From a virus (taxonomy: Duplodnaviria; Caudoviricetes): DNA of 36,679 nt. Both the position numbers and the translations under genes were made by a program. The notes below the pieces were generated by a model that searched no databases, was not told where the DNA came from, and saw nothing but the letters and a program-made list of their open reading frames with translations. The stretch lies in IMG/VR virus record IMGVR_UViG_3300025084_000090, positions 1 through 36,679 of that record; one strand, given 5' to 3'. Positions 1-8,374 of this stretch are shown here, in pieces. Within the stretch, counting starts at the first letter, position 1. Every line of letters begins with the position of its first letter.

Positions 1-1
1 T

Positions 2-160
2 TCCTGGACATTTGTCGAGGCGTTCATAGGTGCGTTAACAGTTGCTCCTCTAGTTGGTGTAGATGCTGAAGTACTTCAGTTAGCTGCATTAGCTGGTGGT
101 GGTGCTGCACTTGCAGTTATTAAAACATATGCAAAGAAACAAATAACAATTAGTAAGTAA
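2..160 (+). CDS. Holin, r1t/actinophage type (5'-partial)
   Basis: Hand translation of frame 2: SWTFVEAFIGALTVAPLVGVDAEVLQLAALAGGGAALAVIKTYAKKQITISK*; two hydrophobic segments and a basic tail; TFxxA pattern typical of r1t holins. Confidence 0.7.
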   Translation, partial: SWTFVEAFIGALTVAPLVGVDAEVLQLAALAGGGAALAVIKTYAKKQITISK

Positions 161-447
161 TGAGAAAAGGTAAAAAATCAAAGAATCCAGATTTAAAGGA
201 TTTAAATTATACCCTTAAAGGTAGAGGTGATATGCATGCACTCGATAGAGTAGATAAATATACATCAAGAACACCACGTAAAAAACAACCTGGTATAAAA
301 GATTACGTAAATGTTGCACATACTATGTTGCAGTTATCTGTTTTTGGAGGTTTAATAAAAGACCGACCAAAAGAACTTTTAGAACCATTAGTACCTGTAT
401 GGGAAGATAGAAACCGTGCTAACATTGGTACTAAGTTAAGTAAATGA
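160..447 (+). CDS. Small basic hypothetical protein
   Basis: 95 aa ORF coupled to the holin stop (TAATG); K/R-rich. Confidence 0.7.
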   Translation: MRKGKKSKNPDLKDLNYTLKGRGDMHALDRVDKYTSRTPRKKQPGIKDYVNVAHTMLQLSVFGGLIKDRPKELLEPLVPVWEDRNRANIGTKLSK

Positions 448-749
448 AAAAAATATCTAAAGATATAATAGTTGGTGCTGGTTACTTAGGTCTTGGTAAA
501 CAAGAACTTAATAAACGTATGAAACAACATACTGCTATTAGAGATAAAGCTATTGCTTCACATACTAAAGCTTATAAAGAACAAAAGAGTATGGAAAAAA
601 TGATTGGTCAATTTGGACAAGACCCTGGTTTTCCTACTGATGCTGCGTATAGAACTGCAGATAAAGCTTACAGTAAACAAAAAGCACAGCTTAAAAAAGC
701 TGCTGACTTTAATCGTAAGTTACAAAACTTTAAAGCTTTTAATAAATAA
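444..749 (+). CDS. Small basic (K/A-rich) hypothetical protein
   Basis: 101 aa ORF overlapping the previous stop; last gene of the plus-strand arm. Confidence 0.7.
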   Translation: MKKISKDIIVGAGYLGLGKQELNKRMKQHTAIRDKAIASHTKAYKEQKSMEKMIGQFGQDPGFPTDAAYRTADKAYSKQKAQLKKAADFNRKLQNFKAFNK

Positions 750-1025
750 TTAACTGACACCTGAATGTCTATCTAGATATCCTTCTAGTAGTTCTCTGTA
801 CGCTACCTTAGTACCCATAGACTGTCGTCCATCGTATATATCGTGATGCCACTTACACAATACAGCTGTATTATCTACATTATATTTGCGTGCTTTGTTG
901 CCACCCATACCTATATCTTTTAAATGTGCTAGCTCTAACCATTTATTACTGTCACAATTTGCCCACTCACAGACGTTTCCAGCCCTTCTAAAGGCTTCTT
1001 CTCGTATCGGTGCTATATCACTCAT
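750..1025 (-). CDS. HNH endonuclease
   Basis: CEWANC...LELAH...N...LCKWHH motifs; likely start MSDIAP at 1025, overlapping the SET gene end. Confidence 0.85.
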   Translation of the reverse strand: MSDIAPIREEAFRRAGNVCEWANCDSNKWLELAHLKDIGMGGNKARKYNVDNTAVLCKWHHDIYDGRQSMGTKVAYRELLEGYLDRHSGVS

Positions 1026-1335
1026 CAATACTGTACATACTATATTTAAGTGTGATTTCTTCGTTAGCTTTAATAGGACGTAAAGGAAACAAATGATTAA
1101 CATAAGTACCCTGCATACGTTTTACTTCGCAGTTAGGATTGTCGCTATGGTTTATGAATCCTCCTAAAGGTGTACGTATTACCTGTCCTTTGTCATCCAT
1201 AAAGACATGCGTTACACCTATACTTGTTTCTAAATCACGTATAGCCCTGATAGTAAACAGACCTAGACCTTCTATCTTGCTAGGTTGTATAGTTAAATAC
1301 TTAGGTAAGGGTCTGTATGTAGGTACATTATCCAT
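1018..1335 (-). CDS. SET-domain protein-lysine methyltransferase
   Basis: SKIEGLGLF, GGFINHSDNPNC and IKANEEITLKY match the GxG, NHS and EEL-x-Y SET motifs. Confidence 0.9.
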   Translation of the reverse strand: MDNVPTYRPLPKYLTIQPSKIEGLGLFTIRAIRDLETSIGVTHVFMDDKGQVIRTPLGGFINHSDNPNCEVKRMQGTYVNHLFPLRPIKANEEITLKYSMYSIDE

Positions 1336-1891
1336 ATACTGTTAGGTATTTCCCTGAAGGCATGTCCCATGTTTGCATAATGTCGTTCCATCTAACTTTA
1401 TTTTCTTTTGATGAACCTTCATATGCTACGTTTGATACCATCATAAACAGTTGCGTACTACATTTGCCATTGACTTTACCTATACTAGACTCAGCCATAC
1501 CAAACAATTTGTCTATATAACGTAATGTATTTTGTGTAACTTCACCCATATCTTTAGCTGTCTTAGGTCTCATAGCAAACTCTATGTCTGGCATCTGCTC
1601 ACCGTTAGCTACAGTTACACGTCTAGGACATAGCTTTGAGTTACGTATAGTTTTTATATCGTGTGATAATTTTACTTTTATATCAAGTGTTTCTCTATCT
1701 ATAGTATATGATGCCCAGATAGGTACATCTTTATCTGTTAAACCTAGTAATCTTTTACCACCAAATTTATTTATAGTCTTAGCTAAATCTTTTTTACTCT
1801 GCTCCCAAGCTCTAAACTTTTCTCTATCACTTAGGTCTGTTGTTGCATCTCTAGCTTCTTTAGATGCAAATGCTTTAAATGTATTGCCCAT
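1328..1891 (-). CDS. Hypothetical protein
   Basis: 187 aa ORF with GAGGAGGA SD; overlaps the next gene. Confidence 0.8.
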   Translation of the reverse strand: MGNTFKAFASKEARDATTDLSDREKFRAWEQSKKDLAKTINKFGGKRLLGLTDKDVPIWASYTIDRETLDIKVKLSHDIKTIRNSKLCPRRVTVANGEQMPDIEFAMRPKTAKDMGEVTQNTLRYIDKLFGMAESSIGKVNGKCSTQLFMMVSNVAYEGSSKENKVRWNDIMQTWDMPSGKYLTVYG

Positions 1892-1893
1892 AG

Positions 1894-2094
1894 TTATTCC
1901 TCCTCTAATCCTTCAAGATGAAAATTGTAATCTTTTACAAACTTTTCCATCAAGTATCTTAATGTTATTGTGTCTGGTGCTACGTTAAATGTATCACTGC
2001 CACATGCTTTACTAAATTGTTGCGCCCATACTTTCATGTATCTAGGGTGATTAAATATATTTAGTTTGTCTATATTAATTTTTTTATTCATCAA
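1894..2094 (-). CDS. Hypothetical protein
   Basis: 66 aa ORF packed in the operon. Confidence 0.7.
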   Translation of the reverse strand: MMNKKINIDKLNIFNHPRYMKVWAQQFSKACGSDTFNVAPDTITLRYLMEKFVKDYNFHLEGLEEE

Positions 2095-2266
2095 ACATTT
2101 CCTTGTTAACTTCGTGTTCTAAATCATCTATACAACTAGGACAATATTTTATTTCGTCCCAAGTTGTAACATAACTTTTATTACAAAGTTCACATGTTAG
2201 ATTTAATAAATTTTCTATATCTTTTTTGTGTTTCGTTAGTATTTTTTCGTATTGTCTATACATCAT
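2084..2266 (-). CDS. Small zinc-ribbon protein
   Basis: Start MMYRQ after GGGGAGG SD; CELC...CPSC motif. Confidence 0.7.
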   Translation of the reverse strand: MMYRQYEKILTKHKKDIENLLNLTCELCNKSYVTTWDEIKYCPSCIDDLEHEVNKEMFDE

Positions 2267-2672
2267 AGTTTCCTCCCCAACAATGTTTACTTGAGTTCCA
2301 GTGATGCCATCCATCATTGTAGATAAGCCAAGCTGCGTAACGTGTAGCAACTTCTGGATTTGTTCTCTTACCTATTATACTAAGCTTTTGTTTTAACCAA
2401 GACCAAGTGTTGTCATTAAATTGCCAGAGTCCAACGTCACTCGTACCGTCAGTGTTTTGTCCCACAACTGTAGGTCGTCCACTACTTTCGCAGAAGATAA
2501 CCTTTGCAGCACGAACAACGTCTTCATCTTTAAAATAACTTTGTATTGTGGGTAACCATTGTTCTACACTGTACACCATATACTGTGTTTCTCGGCACTC
2601 ACGATACGCAGTAAATTCAGCAGGTGTCGGTGCTGTTACCCACAGACACGCTGCTAAAATATATTCTATCAT
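2256..2672 (-). CDS. Lytic transglycosylase (SLT/lysozyme-like) with signal peptide
   Basis: Hydrophobic N-terminus; catalytic CESSG; DVGLWQFN and AAWL...GW motifs. Confidence 0.85.
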   Translation of the reverse strand: MIEYILAACLWVTAPTPAEFTAYRECRETQYMVYSVEQWLPTIQSYFKDEDVVRAAKVIFCESSGRPTVVGQNTDGTSDVGLWQFNDNTWSWLKQKLSIIGKRTNPEVATRYAAWLIYNDGWHHWNSSKHCWGGNYDV

Positions 2673-2938
2673 TAGCTAATGGTAGTTCTCGTAGGTACTT
2701 TAGTGCAGTAGTAACTGACTAAGCCCTTTGTTTTTGTTTTAAGTGTTGTAATTTCATAACCTTCTTGTCGTAGGTTAAAGAGTATTCCGCCAAATCTATG
2801 GCAATATAACTCTCTTACAAACTCCCAGTTAGTTATAGGGTCTGAGTTTTGAAACTCCTCTAACGCCCATGCAACTAATTGTGTTTTACTTTTTACATAT
2901 GCGGGTACAAGTGTACCTCTAAATGCACTAGGTATCAT
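2672..2938 (-). CDS. Winged helix-turn-helix DNA-binding protein
   Basis: Start MIPSAF after AGAAAGGA SD; ITNWEF..ELYCHRFGGILFNLRQEGYEI resembles phage HTH proteins. Confidence 0.7.
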   Translation of the reverse strand: MIPSAFRGTLVPAYVKSKTQLVAWALEEFQNSDPITNWEFVRELYCHRFGGILFNLRQEGYEITTLKTKTKGLVSYYCTKVPTRTTIS

Positions 2939-2951
2939 AATTATCCTTTCT

Positions 2952-3554
2952 TTAGTATGGTGTTGGTAAGTCATCGCCAGCATTGTTTGGTGCTGTCTCG
3001 ACTTCCCCATCTAAGTTCCACTCTTTAGGTAGGTCTGAGTTATCAAGCCACCAAGACTTACGCCATTTACCACTATGTCCTCCGCATATTACAGGGTCAT
3101 TAGTGCTGCAGGTAAAGTCTGGACTTTTCTCTGACCGTTTACTGTTACGGTTATCGTACACCATTTGTTTACAGAAAGGACATGTAAGGTCATCTCTGTA
3201 TTTGTTTTGTTTTTCCATCTTTTTAACTACGCCTCCTAGCATGTCACCAGCTGGTTGTACACCTGGCTCTGTACTATCTTTTACTTCAAGTCCTACTGCA
3301 CCTAGCTTTTCTTCTATTGACATCATATCAAAAGATTCTTGCGTAACAACAGTAGGCATATCAACAAGTTTTTCTATGTAAACAAAATACATATCTAACT
3401 GTTCATCTGTCCATGTTGTTTTATCTGCAGGTAACTTCTTTAATTGTGCATACTGATTTGCAGAACCAAGTATCTTGTTAAGAGTCTCTGGTGATTCTAC
3501 ATTAGCAGTAATACCTTGCACTGTTTCTGCTATAAACTGTACATCTTGACTCAT
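2952..3554 (-). CDS. Hypothetical protein with C-terminal Zn-binding domain
   Basis: CPFC..MVYDNR..K....PDFTC...C motif; coupled (ATGA) to the Rad52-like gene. Confidence 0.75.
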   Translation of the reverse strand: MSQDVQFIAETVQGITANVESPETLNKILGSANQYAQLKKLPADKTTWTDEQLDMYFVYIEKLVDMPTVVTQESFDMMSIEEKLGAVGLEVKDSTEPGVQPAGDMLGGVVKKMEKQNKYRDDLTCPFCKQMVYDNRNSKRSEKSPDFTCSTNDPVICGGHSGKWRKSWWLDNSDLPKEWNLDGEVETAPNNAGDDLPTPY

Positions 3555-4102
3555 GCTTCAGTACCTAAGATACTGTCCATGATTGCAGCAGCTGCAGCTT
3601 TATCTTCTTTAGACATTTTGTTTTCTTTTAAACGCATATCTACTTTGGTAACTTCTACCATAGCATCTTTGTCTGCTTGCTCTTGTGTGTAACCATCAGG
3701 TGCAATAGATGTAGCTTCTTCTTCTGTCTGTTTACTACCAGACCATAGCTCTACACCTAGACCGAACCGCATACACGCACGTTTAAATGCATCAGACTCT
3801 GCGTCTTTAAGGTTGTTACCGTCATTAAACTTAGCATTGCCAAGCTTAAAGGTATCAACATCTCCGAAGCCATCGTAACTACCCATACCTTCTATGGTTA
3901 TAGTACCTTTAGCACCGACTATTCTTTTCTCTCCGTTGTGTGTACCGTATACAGGTTTACACTTCCAGGAGTATGTTACACCACTATCACGTAGTCTTTC
4001 TACATAATTAGCGTGTGGTACATAGTCCCCGAACTTACCAGCAGGTGCTTTTTTTACTAGCTCCTGTGGAAATGGGGATAACAAGTCAACGTTATTATTC
4101 AT
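3551..4102 (-). CDS. Rad52/Sak-like single-strand annealing protein
   Basis: PFP...K, YVPH..Y.ERL, G.G and LKDAESDAFKRACMRFGLGVELW, the Rad52/22 signature. Confidence 0.85.
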   Translation of the reverse strand: MNNNVDLLSPFPQELVKKAPAGKFGDYVPHANYVERLRDSGVTYSWKCKPVYGTHNGEKRIVGAKGTITIEGMGSYDGFGDVDTFKLGNAKFNDGNNLKDAESDAFKRACMRFGLGVELWSGSKQTEEEATSIAPDGYTQEQADKDAMVEVTKVDMRLKENKMSKEDKAAAAAIMDSILGTEA

Positions 4103-4122
4103 AACTGTCCTTTCTTTTACTA

Positions 4123-4156
4123 CTTTCTGCCGAAAGCATAAGCCCGAGGCAGAAAG
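4123..4156 (+). repeat. GA-N12-GA hairpin copy A
   Basis: CTTTCTGCC-GAAAGCATAAGCCCGA-GGCAGAAAG, just upstream of the Rad52-like gene. Confidence 0.75.
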
Positions 4157-4162
4157 AAGTTT

Positions 4163-4339
4163 CTATTCTTCTTCTGTATTCAAGTCTACTAGCTTCGCAA
4201 TGTTAGTTATACCACGTTCAAGAGGTATTAACTTTACGTCACCTTGGTCATTAGTAAGTATAACTTGCGGTCTATCACCTAGACCAGAGTATTCTATACT
4301 CGTTAACTTCCATTTAGACTTGACAATTAAGTTAGCCAT
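4163..4339 (-). CDS. Hypothetical protein (probably leaderless)
   Basis: MANLIVKSKW...; ATG lies 6 nt downstream of a TATAAT. Confidence 0.7.
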   Translation of the reverse strand: MANLIVKSKWKLTSIEYSGLGDRPQVILTNDQGDVKLIPLERGITNIAKLVDLNTEEE

Positions 4340-4345
4340 ATACTT

Positions 4346-4355
4346 ATTATACTCA
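4346..4355 (-). promoter_or_regulatory. -10 promoter element TGAGTATAAT for a leaderless mRNA
   Basis: Same 10-mer as at 5648-5657; 6 nt before the ATG. Confidence 0.65.
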
Positions 4356-5414
4356 TGCATCTTCTAAATTTACAAGGTATTCAGCAGTTACGCCTTGACC
4401 TGGCTTAGCAAACAACAAGTACTGGCATGGTCTACCCATACTAGCAAGCTGTTCTTGTGCATAAGTGTTGTAGCTTTCAGTACTACCATTAACCCACAAG
4501 CGTATGTCATTAACGTACATTGTTGTAGGTGTATGAAAGTGTCCAGCTATAGCGTAATCAAAGTCAGGCATTAACTTAGCTGCTGCTAATGCTTTCCAAC
4601 CTAATAGTTTCTTACCAAAACCATACCATGGAAATCCACCATGACCTCTTACATTGTCACCATGCCATACAAAGAACCTACATTTTTTACCAAGGTCTGC
4701 AATACCAAACCAATGTTCGTCTCCTGTAGGTATCTGCCATGTTATACGTTTCTCATTGTCATATATCATTGACATAATTTTGCCTAGCATTCTATCGCTA
4801 TTACTGTCTGGGTGATAATCTTTTCTAGCTCTACCACCTAAGCTACCATGATTGCCTATTACCCATGTAACATCTACTTCCTCAAAATTAGCAAGTAATA
4901 TGTCAAAGAACTTTGTCAAGATTCTAGGACCATCTACTGTCACTTGGTTGTATAGACTCGCATCTATTAAGTGTGATTGACCTGGGAAGATTAGTTCACC
5001 TTCGACTATGTCACCAGCAACTAACACAGCACACTTCTTTACTGTGTGTGCATGTCGTTGCAAGTTTGTCAAGGTTACAATCTTATTAGCGTATTCAATG
5101 ACACGTGCCTCTGCTACCTCTGTGCTATAATCTGGTGTTACTTTTGCAAGTTGTACATCAGACAATATAGCAACAGCTATTTCTTCAGTTTTATTTTTCT
5201 TAGAAATTGTAGGCTTAGGTATCTTAGGCTTATCCCACGTCCGTAAGTTGGTATGTACTGCCTCTAATAAAGCTTCAATTAAATCTGCTTTTTTATTCTT
5301 AGCTTTATCTAGTTGTTTTAATAAACGTAGGTTATCTGCTTTAAGTTGCTGTATCTTAGTTGACTCAGCTTCAGCAAGTAATTCATCTATGTCTATCTTT
5401 TTTTTATTCGGCAT
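4353..5414 (-). CDS. Calcineurin-like metallophosphoesterase with N-terminal coiled coil
   Basis: SDVQ, GDIVEG, GNHG, HGD and GHFH motifs. Confidence 0.9.
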   Translation of the reverse strand: MPNKKKIDIDELLAEAESTKIQQLKADNLRLLKQLDKAKNKKADLIEALLEAVHTNLRTWDKPKIPKPTISKKNKTEEIAVAILSDVQLAKVTPDYSTEVAEARVIEYANKIVTLTNLQRHAHTVKKCAVLVAGDIVEGELIFPGQSHLIDASLYNQVTVDGPRILTKFFDILLANFEEVDVTWVIGNHGSLGGRARKDYHPDSNSDRMLGKIMSMIYDNEKRITWQIPTGDEHWFGIADLGKKCRFFVWHGDNVRGHGGFPWYGFGKKLLGWKALAAAKLMPDFDYAIAGHFHTPTTMYVNDIRLWVNGSTESYNTYAQEQLASMGRPCQYLLFAKPGQGVTAEYLVNLEDA

Positions 5415-5640
5415 TTTCTACCAGATTTGTAAAGTGATTCCTAACTGCAGATTCACTTATCTTAATACCATACTGTTCACGTAATAATCTGTGTACTACG
5501 TATGGTTTTAATTGACGACCAGCAAGTACTCTCTGTTCACAACCTTCCCAAAAGGGCATGGCTTCTTCTGTGATTCTGTTAGTAATCTTGCTTACTTTAC
5601 CTGTTTCTGCTTCCTGAAGAAGCTTATCTATATCATTCAT
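5404..5640 (-). CDS. Small HTH-like protein (probably leaderless)
   Basis: MNDIDKLL...YGIKISESAVRNH; ATG 7 nt after TATAAT. Confidence 0.7.
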   Translation of the reverse strand: MNDIDKLLQEAETGKVSKITNRITEEAMPFWEGCEQRVLAGRQLKPYVVHRLLREQYGIKISESAVRNHFTNLVENAE

Positions 5641-5647
5641 AGTATTC

Positions 5648-5657
5648 ATTATACTCA
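5648..5657 (-). promoter_or_regulatory. -10 promoter element TGAGTATAAT for a leaderless mRNA
   Basis: TATAAT 7 nt upstream of the ATG at 5640; identical to 4346-4355. Confidence 0.65.
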
Positions 5658-5688
5658 CAGTATTGTATTTAAGTATGTATTTAGTTTC

Positions 5689-5926
5689 GTGATACGCTTC
5701 TCAGGCATTCCCTCACTGTTTCGCGTGCCATGGATAGGCACACTCACAGCTCCGTCTGCCTACGAGCGTGTCACTAATTTTAGGTAAGTGAAGGAGTGTT
5801 CACTATAGGTTGATTGTTGACATCATTGAATACCTTGTTCGTAGTTCTCCTACGACTCTAGTCTCCTTCTAATAAAGGTTTAACAGAGAGAAAGGAGGTC
5901 TCTGCACCCTTGCGGGTTGACCTTAT
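5689..5926 (-). ncRNA. Candidate structured RNA with a 16S-3'-end-like domain
   Basis: Non-coding gap full of hairpins: ACCC-GCAA-GGGU, CAGAGA-CCUCCUUUC-UCUCUG, UCGUAG/CUACGA, AGUGAA/UUCACU and an 86-nt irregular rod at 5689-5774. Confidence 0.55.
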
Positions 5927-5941
5927 ATCCTTACCACTCTA

Positions 5942-7363
5942 TCACATGTTCAATTTAAGTCCATGTTCCTTTACTTCTTCTATGTCTTTAAGATTTATAA
6001 TATTGTATTTCTTAACTAACTTATTTACATCAGCCATTAAATTAAAGCCAGATGTATCACCATGCGCACCAAACACATGCATGTCTGATACCCATATTCT
6101 TCTAGCTGGTTGTGTACCTAGCCACTCTAAAGCTGGACCGTCTACAACATTACCAAAACCTGAATGTCTATCTAAATACTTTTCAGTTACACGTTTACCA
6201 TTCTTAGCAATGATACGTAAGTTACCTATGTCACCAGTACCATTGTACATAGCAATAGTAACTGCAGGTAATAGCTGCATAATTTCTAAGATATCTTGAC
6301 CATCAAATGACATAGAACCTGAAGCATCAATAAGTATTGTGCCACCAAGTGCTGTCATTTTTTGTTTGAATATCTTTTTATCTATACAGTATCTACTAAT
6401 ATATTTTGGATTGTAACCAAAGTCAGATGGTCTGTATGCTCTACCATTTTTAAGTCTACCTTGCAAATTAACAGACAAAGGTGGTTTATGTGTAAACATT
6501 TCACCCCATTGACCTGTACCTTGACTACTGTTATACAACATTTCAGCTATATCGTTTCTTGTACGTTGTTGTAAAGAACCACCACCTAACTCATTAGATT
6601 CTTGAGCTTCACCTTCACCTTCATCCATACCAGGTGCGGTATGTTTTGGTTTAGGTTTGTACACTTCATCATGCTCAGGTTCATCTCTGAACATATCTAA
6701 TATTAGACTTAATTGTTCTGCATACTTTTGTACTTTACGATAGCTAATTGTCTGACCGTAACCATGATTAGTAATACTTTGAAAGAATCTAGTGATAGTT
6801 CTTTCTGCATAAATAATCTGTTGTTTACGGTAATCAGTAACTGTATCATCATCTCTTATCATGGCAAAACAAGATGACATTACAACCCATTCATCATTGT
6901 ATTTATAACTAGCATACCTACGGTTAGTATCATTGTCTGGTACTTTCCATTTGCTAGCTAAACCCATAAGTATTATTTCTGCAATACCTGATTCATAAAC
7001 TAACTTCATAGTTTTTTGTTGTAATGTACCTAAACATTGTGATGGCTCAGATAACGCAAGTTTGTTCTCGTATAAAAGATGGTTAACTCTAACTTCTTCT
7101 AGTACATGAACAGCTTCTGCACGTACACCAGGCTTTAGCTTACCCATAGTTTTAGGACTCCACTTGGCATGACCAAGTTCATGTCTACGTATCATACGAC
7201 TATGATTGATACCACATTCCGAACACTCTCTGTCGAGTGGAACTGTCATCTGTCTGTTGAGATTATCTGTAGAACCTTCGGGACTATTGTTAATAGTACC
7301 TACTACTTCCCACTTCTCACCAGTAACAATTTCTGGATATGGATAAGCTTTGCTGTTAGGCAC
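5942..7363 (-). CDS. vWA-domain protein with N-terminal HExxH motif (CobT-like partner of the AAA ATPase)
   Basis: RRHELGH motif; MIDAS ILIDASGSMS; acidic linker. Confidence 0.85.
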   Translation of the reverse strand: MPNSKAYPYPEIVTGEKWEVVGTINNSPEGSTDNLNRQMTVPLDRECSECGINHSRMIRRHELGHAKWSPKTMGKLKPGVRAEAVHVLEEVRVNHLLYENKLALSEPSQCLGTLQQKTMKLVYESGIAEIILMGLASKWKVPDNDTNRRYASYKYNDEWVVMSSCFAMIRDDDTVTDYRKQQIIYAERTITRFFQSITNHGYGQTISYRKVQKYAEQLSLILDMFRDEPEHDEVYKPKPKHTAPGMDEGEGEAQESNELGGGSLQQRTRNDIAEMLYNSSQGTGQWGEMFTHKPPLSVNLQGRLKNGRAYRPSDFGYNPKYISRYCIDKKIFKQKMTALGGTILIDASGSMSFDGQDILEIMQLLPAVTIAMYNGTGDIGNLRIIAKNGKRVTEKYLDRHSGFGNVVDGPALEWLGTQPARRIWVSDMHVFGAHGDTSGFNLMADVNKLVKKYNIINLKDIEEVKEHGLKLNM

Positions 7364-8069
7364 GAGCTAATGTAACAGCATCTATTAATTCTTCTGCTTT
7401 GTCTGCAAAGATTAACTTAGCTGCTTGTTCAGGTGTGAAACCTTTACCTTGTAGTGCAAAGAACTCTGTCCATGCACGTACTGAAATACGTTCCTCATCA
7501 TCTTCTACCATTGTTGTGTCATTGATTACACCGTGCCACTCATCTGGAAACTGTTCCATTGCTTTAGGGTGTATACTGTCAACATATATTTTTACAGGGA
7601 ATCTATCTTTTAACGCTAGTGGCAATGACTCAGGTGGACTGTTCGTAGTAGCTACGACTTGAAAGCCTTCAGCTGGACGTACTGTCTCCTTAGTATCATT
7701 GTTCAATGTCAACATTGCTATGTCTTGGTCATCAAGAATAGCGTGTAGAAATGTCATAGCATCTGGTGAAGCATGGTCTATCTCGTTGATAACCAATCTA
7801 CCACCATTACGCCATGCTTGAATAGCAATACCATCATGCCATTCAAAGCCACCGTCTTTAGCAGGCTTATAGAAACCTTCTAAGTTAGCAGCTGCCGTAT
7901 CTTCTGTCATAGTAATCTGATAAACATTAGCTTTACCGTCCATATCTAATGGAGTGCTTTGCTTAACAGCACTGTATGTTTTACCTGTACCTGGTGGACC
8001 GTATAGTAATGTTCTACGTGTCTTACCTAGCACAGATGATATCATCTTCCAACAATCATTGTTGCTCAT
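7356..8069 (-). CDS. MoxR/CobS-like AAA+ ATPase
   Basis: Walker A GPPGTGKT, Walker B LVINEID, ATTN sensor, ALKDRF arginine finger. Confidence 0.92.
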   Translation of the reverse strand: MSNNDCWKMISSVLGKTRRTLLYGPPGTGKTYSAVKQSTPLDMDGKANVYQITMTEDTAAANLEGFYKPAKDGGFEWHDGIAIQAWRNGGRLVINEIDHASPDAMTFLHAILDDQDIAMLTLNNDTKETVRPAEGFQVVATTNSPPESLPLALKDRFPVKIYVDSIHPKAMEQFPDEWHGVINDTTMVEDDEERISVRAWTEFFALQGKGFTPEQAAKLIFADKAEELIDAVTLARA

Positions 8070-8374
8070 AGTATCTCCTCTTTATAGTTAGGGACAAACC
8101 GACAATATATATCTATCTGTCCAGTTTTATTTCTTCTTTGTTGTATCTCAAACTTACCTTTGTCTGATAAGTGTGCAATATTACGCTGAGTCATAGACTC
8201 AATGTTTGCTTTAACACCACTAATCCACTTGTCTTTAGTAGATATAATGAACCATTGTTCTGGTGATGATAAAAGTATTCTTACTTTGTCATCTGTTAAT
8301 AGACTAGGTTGTTTACCTTTTCTATTTAGATATGGTTCAGGTGGTGTAGCAGCTTGCATTCCTTCAGGCATCAT
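8066..8374 (-). CDS. Hypothetical protein
   Basis: 102 aa ORF overlapping both neighbours; AAGGAG SD. Confidence 0.75.
   Translation of the reverse strand: MMPEGMQAATPPEPYLNRKGKQPSLLTDDKVRILLSSPEQWFIISTKDKWISGVKANIESMTQRNIAHLSDKGKFEIQQRRNKTGQIDIYCRFVPNYKEEIL

Noticed and set aside
5910-6299. Antisense 129-aa ORF with a perfect SD upstream
   Set aside because: TTG start, 11-nt spacing from AGGAGG and full overlap with the vWA gene; kept only as an alternative explanation for the SD-like sequence
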